From Hemiscyllium ocellatum (lineage: Eukaryota), in contig NC_083408.1 in the NCBI RefSeq assembly GCF_020745735.1, positions 38,532,484 to 38,596,483 of the forward strand: a stretch of DNA of 64,000 nt. Reading direction: 5' to 3'. The notes under the pieces are model-generated. The model was not told the DNA's origin. It ran no database searches and worked only from the letters and a program-made list of their open reading frames with translations. Shown here in pieces: positions 1 through 11,574 of the stretch. The translations under genes and the position numbers were made by a program. Within the stretch, counting starts at the first letter, position 1, and each line of letters opens with the position of its first letter.

Positions 1-885
1 GCATAATTTCCTCTGTAGAAATAAAATCAAAATCGCAAACTCTGAATACATTTAATATTGTGAAAATAATGCATTCATACAGCAACTTCAATACAGAACA
101 ACATACCCAGCATATAGCACGGGGACTCATATGGAGTCAGACAACATTCACGAGCTTGGTCAATAATTCATGGATGGTCTTGAGATTGCAGAGGAAGTCA
201 GAAATACAATGGAATTTAAAGATAGAATTCTGCTGTGTGTATCGCAGAGGGCTAAGAGGCATGACTGTTAAAAGTGGTAAAAAGGAAAGGATGATGCACA
301 AAACATTTGTTATTGGGGAATGCATTGTTTAGAGCTGAATGCTGCACTGGAAGACATATTACAATGAAGAAGAAAAATGAGGTTACAAAAGGACTCAAAC
401 AAGGATGAAAATTTTAACTAAATGAATTCAGCAGCTAATATAGGTCAGAGAGAATATGGCACTACCTTGGGCCAAATAGGATGTAGACTGCTGAGATTTG
501 GTTAAATTGAAATCTACACAACCAAAAATATCTGCAGAGACTGCATTTTGTCTTCCAATTTCAATCAATACACAAATAATTAAAGTTAAATTGTATATTG
601 ACATACTGTCCAAATGTGACTACTGAGATGATGCTGTTTATTGCTAATTTTTTTTGACCAACATGCTGCATAACACAAACAACTCAATTTGCAGGGGATT
701 CAAACAAAGTCTTATGGTAAATAAAACTTGTTGAAATGTGTGCATAATCAACATTTTCCGTCTTTTCATTCATTACGATGTGCCGAAGTGTAATCTGGGA
801 AAGGGAGAATCGGTCCTCTTAAGTTGAAGTTACCACCCTGACTGAATTCATCCCCTTCGATGCAGGAACCAAATGTATCCAAATG

Positions 886-1030
886 AAGGAGGGTTCTGAA
901 GAAGGGTCACTTGGACCCGAAATGTTAACTCGGATTTTTTTCCACAGATGCTGCCAGACCTGCTGAGATTTTCCAGCAATTTCTGTTTTTATTTCAGATT
1001 TACAATACCCACAGTTCTTTCAGTTTCTTC
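886..1030 (+). mobile_element. Short Penelope-like (PLE) tail element with hammerhead motif
   Basis: CTGAAGA-AGGGTC-acttg-GACCC-GAAATGTT core; TSD gtatccaaatg (875-885) / gtacccaaatg (1031-1041). Confidence 0.75.
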
Positions 1031-1671
1031 GTACCCAAATGTCTGTTTGGCCAACCTCTTTTCTTCACAAAATCACCATCAAGCATCAATTACTTCTCAA
1101 CAAAAAAACAAGTTTCAGGACTTATGATAAAATAAAAGGAAAATTTGATATTTTTTGTTACCTTATCTCTCCACTTCAATCAGCAAAACGTCATACAGCA
1201 GTATGAACACCTGCTGCAGTCAGAATCGTGTCTCCAGCCTAACTTGAGACCATTGTTTTAAGAATTTATCTGCTGTCTACAGAAAGCTTGATGCAGAAAC
1301 CAAGACATATTCAACAAAACCCGGTGATTTCCACGCTTAATATGACTGGCAGTTATTTCTGAACTGAGTTAACAATTATTGAAATCGAACACTGGAAATT
1401 TTGAACCAAGACTGTTTGAATTCAAAGAATAGATTGGAACTAAAGATAATTAGCTTAGATCAGTTCAGCAATCTTTTACAAAGCAGGGGTCCCGAAACAT
1501 TGGGTCAACAGGGTCAGAGGGGCTACAACTGCTGTCATGAGACCCTCTAACACCAGAAACCAATTTTAACACCCAGTTCATAAGTTTGGATGTTTGTGTG
1601 CCAGTAACCTGTAGGCAGATAGCCACTCAGTTGAGTGAGGGACAAAACAGGAGATAATAGGTAGACAATGA

Positions 1672-1966
1672 CCTCGTGGTATTTTCACAAGACTTTTAAC
1701 CCAAGCAATGTTCTGGCAACCTGGATTCAAATTACACCATCTGTCATAATGGAATTTGAATTCAATAACTATCTGGAATTAAGAGTCTAATGATGACCAG
1801 GAAAGCATTGTCAATTGTCAAACAACTGACCTGATTCACTGATGTTCTTACCTGATATGGCCTATATGTGTCCCCACATCCACATCAATGCAGTTGACTT
1901 GAAACCGGAAGGGCAATAAATGCTTGCTTAGGCAGTGATGCCCACATCCCACGAACAAATAAAAAC
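1672..1966 (+). mobile_element. tRNA-headed SINE (bipartite LINE derivative)
   Basis: Shares head, body and gggcaataaatgc...cccacatccc tail with copies at about 24950 and 59535, and with the LINE at 51655. Confidence 0.7.
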
Positions 1967-2470
1967 AAGGTTCTAACAGGAAGGCAAGTGCAGGCTTCAA
2001 ACTTGATAATGTTTTTGTTGATTGACTCCTTCACCACAATAGCAACTCTGCTTTTTTTTGCGGGGGGGGGGGGGGCGCATTGAATGCGTACATGTGAAAG
2101 TGGCACAGTTAAGAGAGGCTGAGGAGGTGACAGGGAAGAGGAGTTGACAAATAAGTCATTTGAGTGACGTTCTGAAGAGGGCGTGCCGAATGACAGTGTG
2201 GCAGTGTGGAAAGTTGCAAAGAAAGGCTGCTGTGGCAGAGTGGGAGAGAGGTGCTTCACTTACCTAAAATCTACTGAAAACAAAAAAAAACTCTGAAATA
2301 CTGACAAACTCAGATGATTATATTTATAACTGACCTACTCACACAAACTTTAATTATTATATAATTAATGATAGTATGCTGCTTTATTGCTGTTTTGTTT
2401 TAGTTAGACTCTAGAAAATGTTAACTTGCAATTATTAAAATTGGAAACTTGTTTGTGCAGTACTGTTATA

Positions 2471-2691
2471 CAGAGCGACCCCCGTATCCACGGAATCGTT
2501 TTCAATGGTTTCACTTACCCGCGGTTTAGCATAGCCGGAACAGATTATAGGGAACGCTCCAGCATCAGGGATCACTGGGCTACCAGAAAGGTACGCTTCC
2601 CATTTAAATGAATGGGTTCGCTCCCATCTGCGGTTCGGGCTTCCGTGGTAGGTCCTAGAACCTAACCCCCACAGGTACAGAGGGACTACTG
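2471..2691. mobile_element. Tc1/mariner (Tigger/MER2-like) MITE
   Basis: TA|CAG...CTG|TA ends with imperfect TIRs (cagagcgacccccgtatcc vs cagtagtccctctgtacct). Confidence 0.75.
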
Positions 2692-3149
2692 TAACAGCTA
2701 TCCACAACAAAGCTTAGTTTGCAGATGGTTACTAATCCGCAAGAATCTGGTTGTTATAATTGCTTGCAATATTTCTACATTAAGGTTATAGTATTTGCAT
2801 GAGCATCTTCTGTTCTCTAAATTCACTTGTCAATTAATGTCTAAGACTAAATTTGATAACGTGAACCTTTGCCTTTTTTTTAACAAAAGGAAAAATACAA
2901 AAGTTCCTTTGGTTAGACACTGACCTATTACCAAAGAAAAATTCTGTCCATTAACTTGGGCTCAGACAATCATATGTTACAGTTAATAAGGTTATTGTCA
3001 AGACCATAAAGAAGCTACAGCCCCCTCAGTGAATAATCCAAAGCAAAAAAACCAAAATATCAAACATAATATGGATACATAATGCAAAGGAACACAGTAG
3101 TTTGGCTTTCAGAATACAACAATGAACTGCAGAAAAAAAGAAAAACCAA

Positions 3150-3275
3150 AGAACTGCAGATGCTGAAAATTAGATACAAAAAGAGAAATTGCTGGGAAAA
3201 GTCAGGTCTGGCAGCACCTATGGACATAAAGCAGAGTTAACGTTTCTGACCCAGTGACCCTTCTTCAAAATTCTG
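3150..3275 (-). mobile_element. Short PLE tail element (degenerate hammerhead)
   Basis: Reverse complement ttgaagaagggtcactgggtcagaaacgttaactctg; same family as 886-1030. Confidence 0.7.
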
Positions 3276-4482
3276 AAGACTCTTCTTAAAAAAAAAATCA
3301 AAAACAAGTAATAATGGGTGAGAAAGGCCAAGTAGCCCATTTTAATTCATTAATCCACAATGATCATCAAATCACCAAACACAGCACTGAACTGGTTAAA
3401 ACAGTTCCTGATCTTTCACCTCATTGCTCTAACACTTCAATCTCTAATGATTTCAAACATCCATATGACATGACTGTGCAAATTTGAAGTGTCACAGTAT
3501 AAAGATGGTAGTTAACTTAACAAACTTGAAATAGTTGATTGCATTTTCAAATTAGAACAAACCTTTGTTAATCTAGTTGACTGTAAATATGATTGTGAAA
3601 GCATATACAGCACATTGAAGTTGAAACCTCTGTTCCTAATGACATCATCCTGCGCTCAGTTTCCTTCCTGAATTCTAAATGCAGACAGTCACACACATGC
3701 TATAGTCTGCAGATAGGGTATCAGGTCATCAGATGCTGGGTTTTGCAACTCGGATTAAAATGCAATGCAATCTGACATTTACCACCAACATTTGCTTACA
3801 AGCAGAAACACATTTGCTATGATCCTTAAGTCAGACTAATCACTACAAGTATTACAGGCAGCTTTCAATCAAAGAAAGAATTAAACAGGTTAGAAATTTC
3901 CTACAATGTGAAGTTCGCTGCCAACAATGTCTATGCATGCATCACAAATTCTCTAAAAGTAGCGGGACTGTCGAATGAAACAGCGGTAATTCAACTTCAG
4001 GGAGGAATTGTCTGATTCAGTGATTTAAAAACTCAACAACAATTTAAAAGTAGGCTGTGTATTCCTGATAACTAATTACTTCTCTTTAAGGGGCATGGTT
4101 TTCTATTTAAAAAACAAACTACAATTTAACAGTAGTTCTGATGTTCTCTTAAGTGGTAACAAGAAGATTGAACAGTACACTTGCTATACACTACCCCATA
4201 CAGTTGTAATACCTTCTCAAAATGATCAATCATCTTCCTCCCTGCCAAATGGTATATTTCGCCAATGACACTCAAGAGAAACTATCAAAATAAGAATAAT
4301 GAGGCAGACAGTTTAAACATATTATTATGTGAGATATTAATACAAGATCATCACTTAGCACCAAAAGGTGTGTGGTAAATTGTGTAATGGCTAGCAATCC
4401 ATTTAAAAAAGGTACATCACACTTCTAAAAATGAATATTACAGCCCATTCAGTGCGTCCAGCAGAATTTTCTCTATGAATTA

Positions 4483-5170
4483 ACATAGAATATGGAACAG
4501 TACCGCACAGGAACGGGGTCTTAAGTCCATGACGTTGTGTTGAACCTGACATCAAATTCAACTAAGTCCTTCTCCCTGCCCTTGGTCCATATCCTTCCAT
4601 TCCTTGCATTTTCACTGCTTATCTAAAAGTACCTCAAATGCCCCCGTCATATCTGCCTCCAGCACCAACCTTGGCAGTGAGTTCCAGACTCCTTGCATTC
4701 TCAGTGTAAGGCAGCATGGTGGGTCAGTGGTTAGCACTGCTGCCTCACAGCACCAATGACCCGGATTCAATTTCAGCCTCGGGCAACTGTGTGTGGATTC
4801 CCCCAGTGTCTGTGTGGGTTTCCTTCGGGTGCTTGGGTTTTCTCCCACAATCCAAAGATGTACAGGTTAGGTGGACTGGCCATGCTGAATTGCCCATAAT
4901 TTTCAGAGATTTGCAGGTTAAGTGGGCGAGCCATGGGAAATGCAGAGTTACAGGGATAGGGTGTGGGTGCTCTTCAGAGAGCCAGTGTGGACTTGTTGTC
5001 CTGTTTCCCCACTGTAGAGATTCTATGGAAAAAAAAATCTCCTTTGAACTTTCTCCCTCTCATCGTAAATGCAAGCCCCCTTGTATTAGACATTTCAACT
5101 CTGGGAAAAAAAGATTCTGACCGTCAACCCTGCCTATGCATCTCAATTTTACAGACTGCTATCAAGTCTC
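4483..5170 (-). mobile_element. CR1 LINE 3' end, interrupted by an HE1 SINE
   Basis: CR1 tail plus the WNSLP motif (ORF 4612..4848). Confidence 0.7.
4710..5027 (+). mobile_element. HE1-type tRNA-derived SINE
   Basis: A/B-box head (ggtcagtggttagc...ggattcaatt), V-SINE-type body gtgtctgtgtgggtttcc, CR1-like tail. Confidence 0.85.
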
Positions 5171-6687
5171 AGATTCAGGATTATCAATTCATTTAAATTT
5201 CTATGAAACCAAAGCAATGTCACATGACAAAACTACCAATAAGGGAATTATTGTTAAAGTCAACAAATTTGAATTGGATAATGGGCTATCATAGATACAT
5301 ATTGTTACACAGTACCAAAAAGGACCATGGCAGTATTGATACTTCTATTGAGCCTTATAAATATATATCTTTCCTTATCTAAACCTCTATTCCTTCATCT
5401 TTCCCAAGTTTGCCCAGTTTTGCCTTACATGCATATAAACTACTCATCACAATCATATCCTGTGGTAGGAAGTACTACACTTTTACCATCCTTAACTAAA
5501 AGAAGTTCGATGTGAATTCCGTATTTGATTTTTTTGATTTATTAATGGTGTCCTATCCTACTCTTCCCCACAACGGAAACATTCTGTCCACTCTATCAAA
5601 AGATTTTTTTAAAATGTAAAGATGTATTTTGGGCTAAACCTAGGTCTCTTTTATCAAGAAGAAAAAGAAGAGATCCAGACAGGTTTCATAGGTCTCATCT
5701 CATTACTAATTCCAACTTTGTAAACTCTATAAGTCCATTCATTACATGTCAACCAGAACTGTATTCTATATTAAAAGATAAAATATTCTATATTTGTTCT
5801 AAGCAAGAACAAATACAGATTTAGTATAATTTGTCAACTTTTCAATTCTAAAAATAAATGTACTTGGCTTCTTCGCTTAAAAAATTGGTCTCAATCAATC
5901 TATGGTGCTACTTTTAATGAGTTACACTTAATAATCGAAGATCCCTTTTGCATTCGCCTCTCACCAAAATTCTCATATTTGTCAATGGTGAAATTAATTT
6001 GCAATTATATATCCATTCTGCAAGTTCCATAATACAATCTTGCAATTCTCCTCAGTATTGGCTACCTCACCCCACACCCACCAATTTGATAGCATTCAGA
6101 ATTCTAAGTCACATCTTCAGTTCTAAAAGTAAATGAAATGTAAACAGAATTGACCCTTTGAGATCTCACCCACATCATTTACACTATGCTTTCTGTACTG
6201 AAGCAGGTATTTTTTTTTACATCAATTGTCGCACTAAGCACAGAAACATTACATAAGTTAATGTGGATAAACACCTTCTTTGCAGTCACATTTTTACACT
6301 GTGGAACAGCTCTGAATGCAGTCAGTCAGTCAGTCAGATCAGTATGAAAAGTCAGTAGAGAAGCTGTGCTAGTGTATGGTCAGAATATATTGGCGTGCAG
6401 TGCCAGAAACCTCTAAAAAGAAACTTTATTTTATACAGATCTTGATTAGGCATTAGTTGATTACAGTGCAAAACAGATTCAGATGCAGCCACGTTAGCCA
6501 ATAGACTTCCATACACCAATTAACAAAAATATGAAATTGAAAATCAAAACTCTTAAGCCATTAAGATTACGAGAGAGAATAGGAAGGTCTTATGACACAG
6601 TGGTAGTAAAGGTAAAGGTTCCAATCCCACCTATACCAGAGGGTGATCATAACATCATACAGTCTGACTATGATTATAAGATATTGG

Positions 6688-6842
6688 TCATGATGTGGAG
6701 ATGCAACAGTTGGACTGGGATAGACAAAGTCAAAAATCACATGACACCGGTAAGAGTCCAATTGTAAGAGACTAGCTACCTGAGGAAAGAGCGGGGCTCC
6801 GAATGCTTGCGGTTTTAAATAAACCTGTTCGACTATAACCCA
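6688..6842. mobile_element. Inverted (tail-out) PLE fragment
   Basis: Reverse PLE terminus followed by a forward ctgagga...ctccgaatgctt tail; perfect 12-bp TSD ataagatattgg (6676-6687 / 6843-6854). Confidence 0.7.
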
Positions 6843-8110
6843 ATAAGATATTGGAGCAGAATTAGACCACTTAGCCCACCAAGTCTCTCTACCATTTAAT
6901 CATGGCTGATATGTTTCTCAACTCCATTTTCCCACCTTTTCCACATAACTTTCAATCCCCTTAATAATCAAGAAGCTATTCTGTCTGAAATATACTCAAT
7001 AATTTGGTCTCCACAGCCTGTGTGGCAACACGTTGCACAGATTAACCATCCCGTAGCTGAATAAATTCCTCCTCATCTCAATTCTAAAACGGTCGTCCCT
7101 TCACTCTGAGACTTTGCCCTTGGGTCCTAGTCTCTCCTACTAGGGAATACATCTTCACTGTGTCCACATAATCCAAGTCACTCAGTATCCTAAGAGTTTC
7201 AATGTGATCCGCAGCAACCCCCCCCCCCCCCCCCCCCCCCAAAACTGCTCACAATACTCCAAATGGAGTCTGCCCAGCGCCTTTTACAGCTTCAGCACAA
7301 TATCCCTGCACTTGTATTCTAGCAGTCTCAAAATGAACACTATCATTGCATTTGTCTTCCTAACTGCTAACTGAACCTGTATGTTAAAATGTAAGTGTGT
7401 CCTCGACTATGACTGCTAAGTAACTGTGATTCAGATTTCCAAAACTTTCCCAGTTTAGAAAATAGTCCTCTAATCATCCTACTCATGTGCATAACCTCAC
7501 TTTGTTTTATTATACTCACATGTACCTAAGCACAGTGAAAAGCTTTGCTTTGCAAGCAATACAGGCAAATCATAGGAAACAAAGACATTCAAACTACAGG
7601 GTGCTTAGACACAGAGTGAGACATACAAGGTTTAGGGTGTCGGTTTATTCGCTGAGCTGTAGGTTTGATATCCAGATGTCTCATTACCTGTCTAGGTAAC
7701 ATCATCAGTGGCGACCTCCAAGTGAAGCGAAGCTGTTGTCTCCTGCTTTCTATTTATATCTTTCTCCTGAATGGGGTTTTGGGATTTGTTGTGATGTCAT
7801 TTCCTGTTCATTTTCTAAGGGGTTGATAGATGGCATCTAGATCTGTGTGTTATACAAGTTTACAGCTGCACAGGATGTGCACAAAGCAAGATCAACATTA
7901 TTTGAAGTTAGAGAGGTAGATCACTTTTGGACATTATGCAAAAAAGTGGCAGATGGAATACAGTCTCTGAGCCTATTCAAGTCCTTCTGCAGCACTCCTG
8001 TCTCCTCAACACTACCTGACCCTCCACCTAGCTTTGTCTTATCTGCAAACTTAGCAACAATACCTTCAGCTCCTTTGTCCAGATCATTAATGTATAACAC
8101 AAATAAATGA
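6843..8110 (-). mobile_element. CR1 LINE fragment (RT C-terminal region) with nested insertions
   Basis: LYINDLD...AKFADKTKLGG in ORF 7921..8268; CR1 3' tail at 6843. Confidence 0.8.
7635..7848 (-). mobile_element. PLE 3' fragment (separate family, degenerate hammerhead)
   Basis: Reverse complement cactgatgatgttacctagacaggtaatgagacatc. Confidence 0.65.
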
Positions 8111-10189
8111 AGGACTACTAAAATCATCTGTAGTGCTCCAGAAGACCTGGGTTCAGACCTTCCTGAGGTAGCTGTCATAACATGTCTTAACAGGTTGATT
8201 AAAAGATAGCTACAAGAGAAGGTCCAAAAGCTTGCCGTTTTAAATAAACCGGTTCGACTATAACCCAATAAGATATCGGAGCAGAATTAGACCATTTGCC
8301 CCATTTACTCATGGTAGAGGGGGAACGGAAGGCAATGGAACGTTTGAACTCATAGGCAAAATAATGCAGAAGGGGACACAAGTTACATGAGTAACTAATT
8401 ATCATTGGCACCAGGATATGGGATTTTCACTGAGCAATATCACTCAAACGTTTCAGAGCAAGTTACTAACTGCAATACAGTGGTCAGCTCTGAAAATCAC
8501 TTGCAAGAATTTTACAATTGCAATTATGAAGGATGGAGCTTTGCCACTACCAGACACTGTAAAATCTTTAATCCTTTTTAGTTGGGGAATGGAAGAGTCA
8601 GCCTATTGAGTGGCAACAATTACATGATACAATGATATGATATACAACGATTACATGATAACTTTAGGTATCCAACTCAAGGGGTTCACTGTCTCCAATG
8701 CTGGCCTGGAAATTTCAATAGTCCACATACATTAGGAGATTTGTTACTGCATATAGATAATTCTGCCTCTACTGCTAATTCCTGCAAAGAGATGCTGTAT
8801 AACAAGGGATTTGTTACTGTGCACAGATATTAATACCTCTGAAATCCTATAAAAGGAAAACATATTAAGGAATCACACCCAAGTATCACAACATCCTTTC
8901 AATCTTATAAAGAAAAGCACAAAAGCATCATCATGTCCTAATTAAACATTTCAACATTTTCAATCCAATTCACTCACTTAGAGTGAAGACCAAGCATAGC
9001 TGGGATGCTGCAGTTCTCTCTCATTTAGTATTAATTCTGAAGTATGTTTTCTCCTCTCCTTTCTCCAAACGGCAAACCAGCCAGACCTTCAGCTACTGAG
9101 ACTGAAGGATTCCCTTCCCAAACTCCACAACATGTTCATCCATCCTCTCCTTTAAGACTGTACTCTATTTAAGATCCATTCATCAATTTCACAGAGTTTT
9201 TCTCCTTGGTTTGATATTTGGTTGTATTAGCTTACACGTCTTACATCTAGGGGGACCTCTTCCTACATTTAAAACATTACAGCAATTTAAAAAAACTATA
9301 AATCTTTTTTATTTTGACATCAACCATGCTATCAGTGTTTCCATGGATTCTCCTCATTATCACTCCAGCTCAATAGGACACCTCTTGCATTTCTCATTAG
9401 TTTCATAAAATATCAGATCAAAGATCAACTTATGAATAACAACTGAAATACCTGCAGTATATTGACTCAGGAGAAAGAATTACAAGGAACTGGAAGTTAG
9501 ACCAATGCAGCAAAAACAAACCTCAACAAGTAGATTTGCTTTTTTAGTCACTCACCTGTAGTCTAAGATTGCGTAATTAGGAATTAGTCACATTCCATGG
9601 ATCGTAAGCAATGTTTTGGAGACACTGGAAGCGGAAGTTAATGTTTCCAGCAAAATCTTAACTGCGCTAGCAATCAAAGCATTTTTCTAATAGTTCTCAT
9701 TCTTGATTACGTAACAATAGTATCTGATTTCAAACTATTTCATGATATGAAGCACGTTAAACACTTTGAACTGACACCATAAAGCACTACCCAAAATGCA
9801 TACAAATCCTATGACTTTTCTCATGCTGTGAGCTGTAGCTCTTCAAGGAACCAAACTTTCTTCCCATCTGTCAATGCCTCTGCCCATTAATTATCTCATA
9901 GTACAAATATATTGTTAGTGCCTTTATTTCTATTAGGATACACCTTGTGAAAAAAAAAGAGAGTCCCACCTGGAAAACCAACTAAACATTCAACTTAATA
10001 ATTCAAGATATAATTTTTTGCAGTACTACTTCATATATCTACTATTTAATGCAACATCTAGCAATTGCAATTTCACAAATGCAATTTTTACCTTTTCATC
10101 TCATATGCGTATTATAGCATTTGAAACTCATTTTAGTACAATTGAATACTACATTGCCTCAAAAAGTATAAATCAAAAGGTAGAAGACC

Positions 10190-11215
10190 AAAGGTGGTGG
10201 TAGAGGGTTTTTCAGATTGGAGACCTGTGACCAGCAGTGTGGTACAGGGATTGGTGCAGGGTCTACTATTTTTGGTCATTTATATAAATAATTTGGATGA
10301 GAATTTAGGAGGTATAGTTATTTAGTTTGCAGATGACACTAAGATTTGTGGTAGAGTAAAGCAGGTTATGTGGTAATACAGCGAGATCTTGATCAACTGG
10401 GCCAGAGGCAGATGGAGTTTAATTTAGATAAATACAAGGTGTCACATTTTGGTAGGTCAAACCAGGGCAAGGCTTCGTCAACAAAAGAGCCCTGGGGAGT
10501 GTTATAGAACAAAGAGATCCAGGGGTACAGATTCATGGCTCCTTGAAAGTGGAGTCACAGGTAGACAGAGTGATGAAGGCAACTTTCGGCCTGGTTGCTT
10601 TCATTGGTCAGATCGTTGAGTATAAAAGTTTGGATGACTTGTTGCAAACGTACAAGACATAGGTAAGGCCACATTTGGAGTACAGCAGGCAGTTCTGGTT
10701 GCTCTACCACAAAAAGGATACTATTAAACCATTGAATAGTGTAGAAAACATTTAATGACGATGATACCTGGGGCTGGAAGATTTGAGTTATAAAGAGAGG
10801 CAGGATAAGCTGGGAGATTTTCTTTCTCTCCTGGAGCATAGGAGACAAAAGGGGTGACCTTATAGACCTTATAGTCATAGATAAGATAGATAGCCAACAG
10901 TTTTTTTGTTCCCATGGGTAGGGGAGTTTAAAACTAGAAGGCAATCGGTTTAGAAGGTGACAGGGAGAGATACAAAATGGTCCAGAGAAGCAATATTTTA
11001 GAGAGGGTACAGAGTGTCTAGAACAGGCTGCGAGATGTAGTGGTAGAGGCAAATGCAATTTTATCATTTAAGAAACATTTGACAGGTACATGGATAGGAT
11101 CGATATGGATGGTTACAAACCAAATGCAGGCAAATGTGACATTAATTTTGAAAACCAAGCAGAATGGACACATTGGGCTGAAGACCCTGCTTCCATGTCA
11201 TAAACCTCTGACTCT
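10190..11215 (+). mobile_element. CR1 LINE, decayed RT to 3' tail
   Basis: Degenerate VPQGSVLGP / FADDTK / VRPHLEY coding sequence. Confidence 0.85.
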
Positions 11216-11217
11216 AA

Positions 11218-11555
11218 ATACGACAAACTTTGTTTTAACCAGCACCTTATGAACCAGCACTCTTGATAAATCGGCAAAGATTATATACCTGAAATACTGT
11301 ACTATCACGATGTCCAACTAATCAATTGAGGGTGCGTGTGAGAAAGCTCTCTGCCATTAAGCTTTATTTAAGGCAAAGTTACATTATTATTTAAGTGATT
11401 TATGCTGTAAATAAAAGGATAACAGTGATGCGTATACCCCCTCTTTTACGTTTCTATTACTTTAGTGTGTGCTTTTATATTACATGGATCTCTTGATCAA
11501 CCGGAATATTTGATCAACTGGCACACTCCTAGTCCCATAGGTGCCAGTTTGATGT
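11218..11555. mobile_element. Probable Tigger-like DNA transposon remnant
   Basis: Subterminal repeats (aaccagcac, gatcaaccgg) at both ends of an AT-rich core. Confidence 0.45.
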
Positions 11556-11574
11556 AATTCAAATCATGCAACTA

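Noticed and set aside
4710-4790. tRNA gene (also at 14256, 45610, 51655)
   Set aside because: A/B boxes run straight into SINE or LINE bodies; no intact cloverleaf or terminator.
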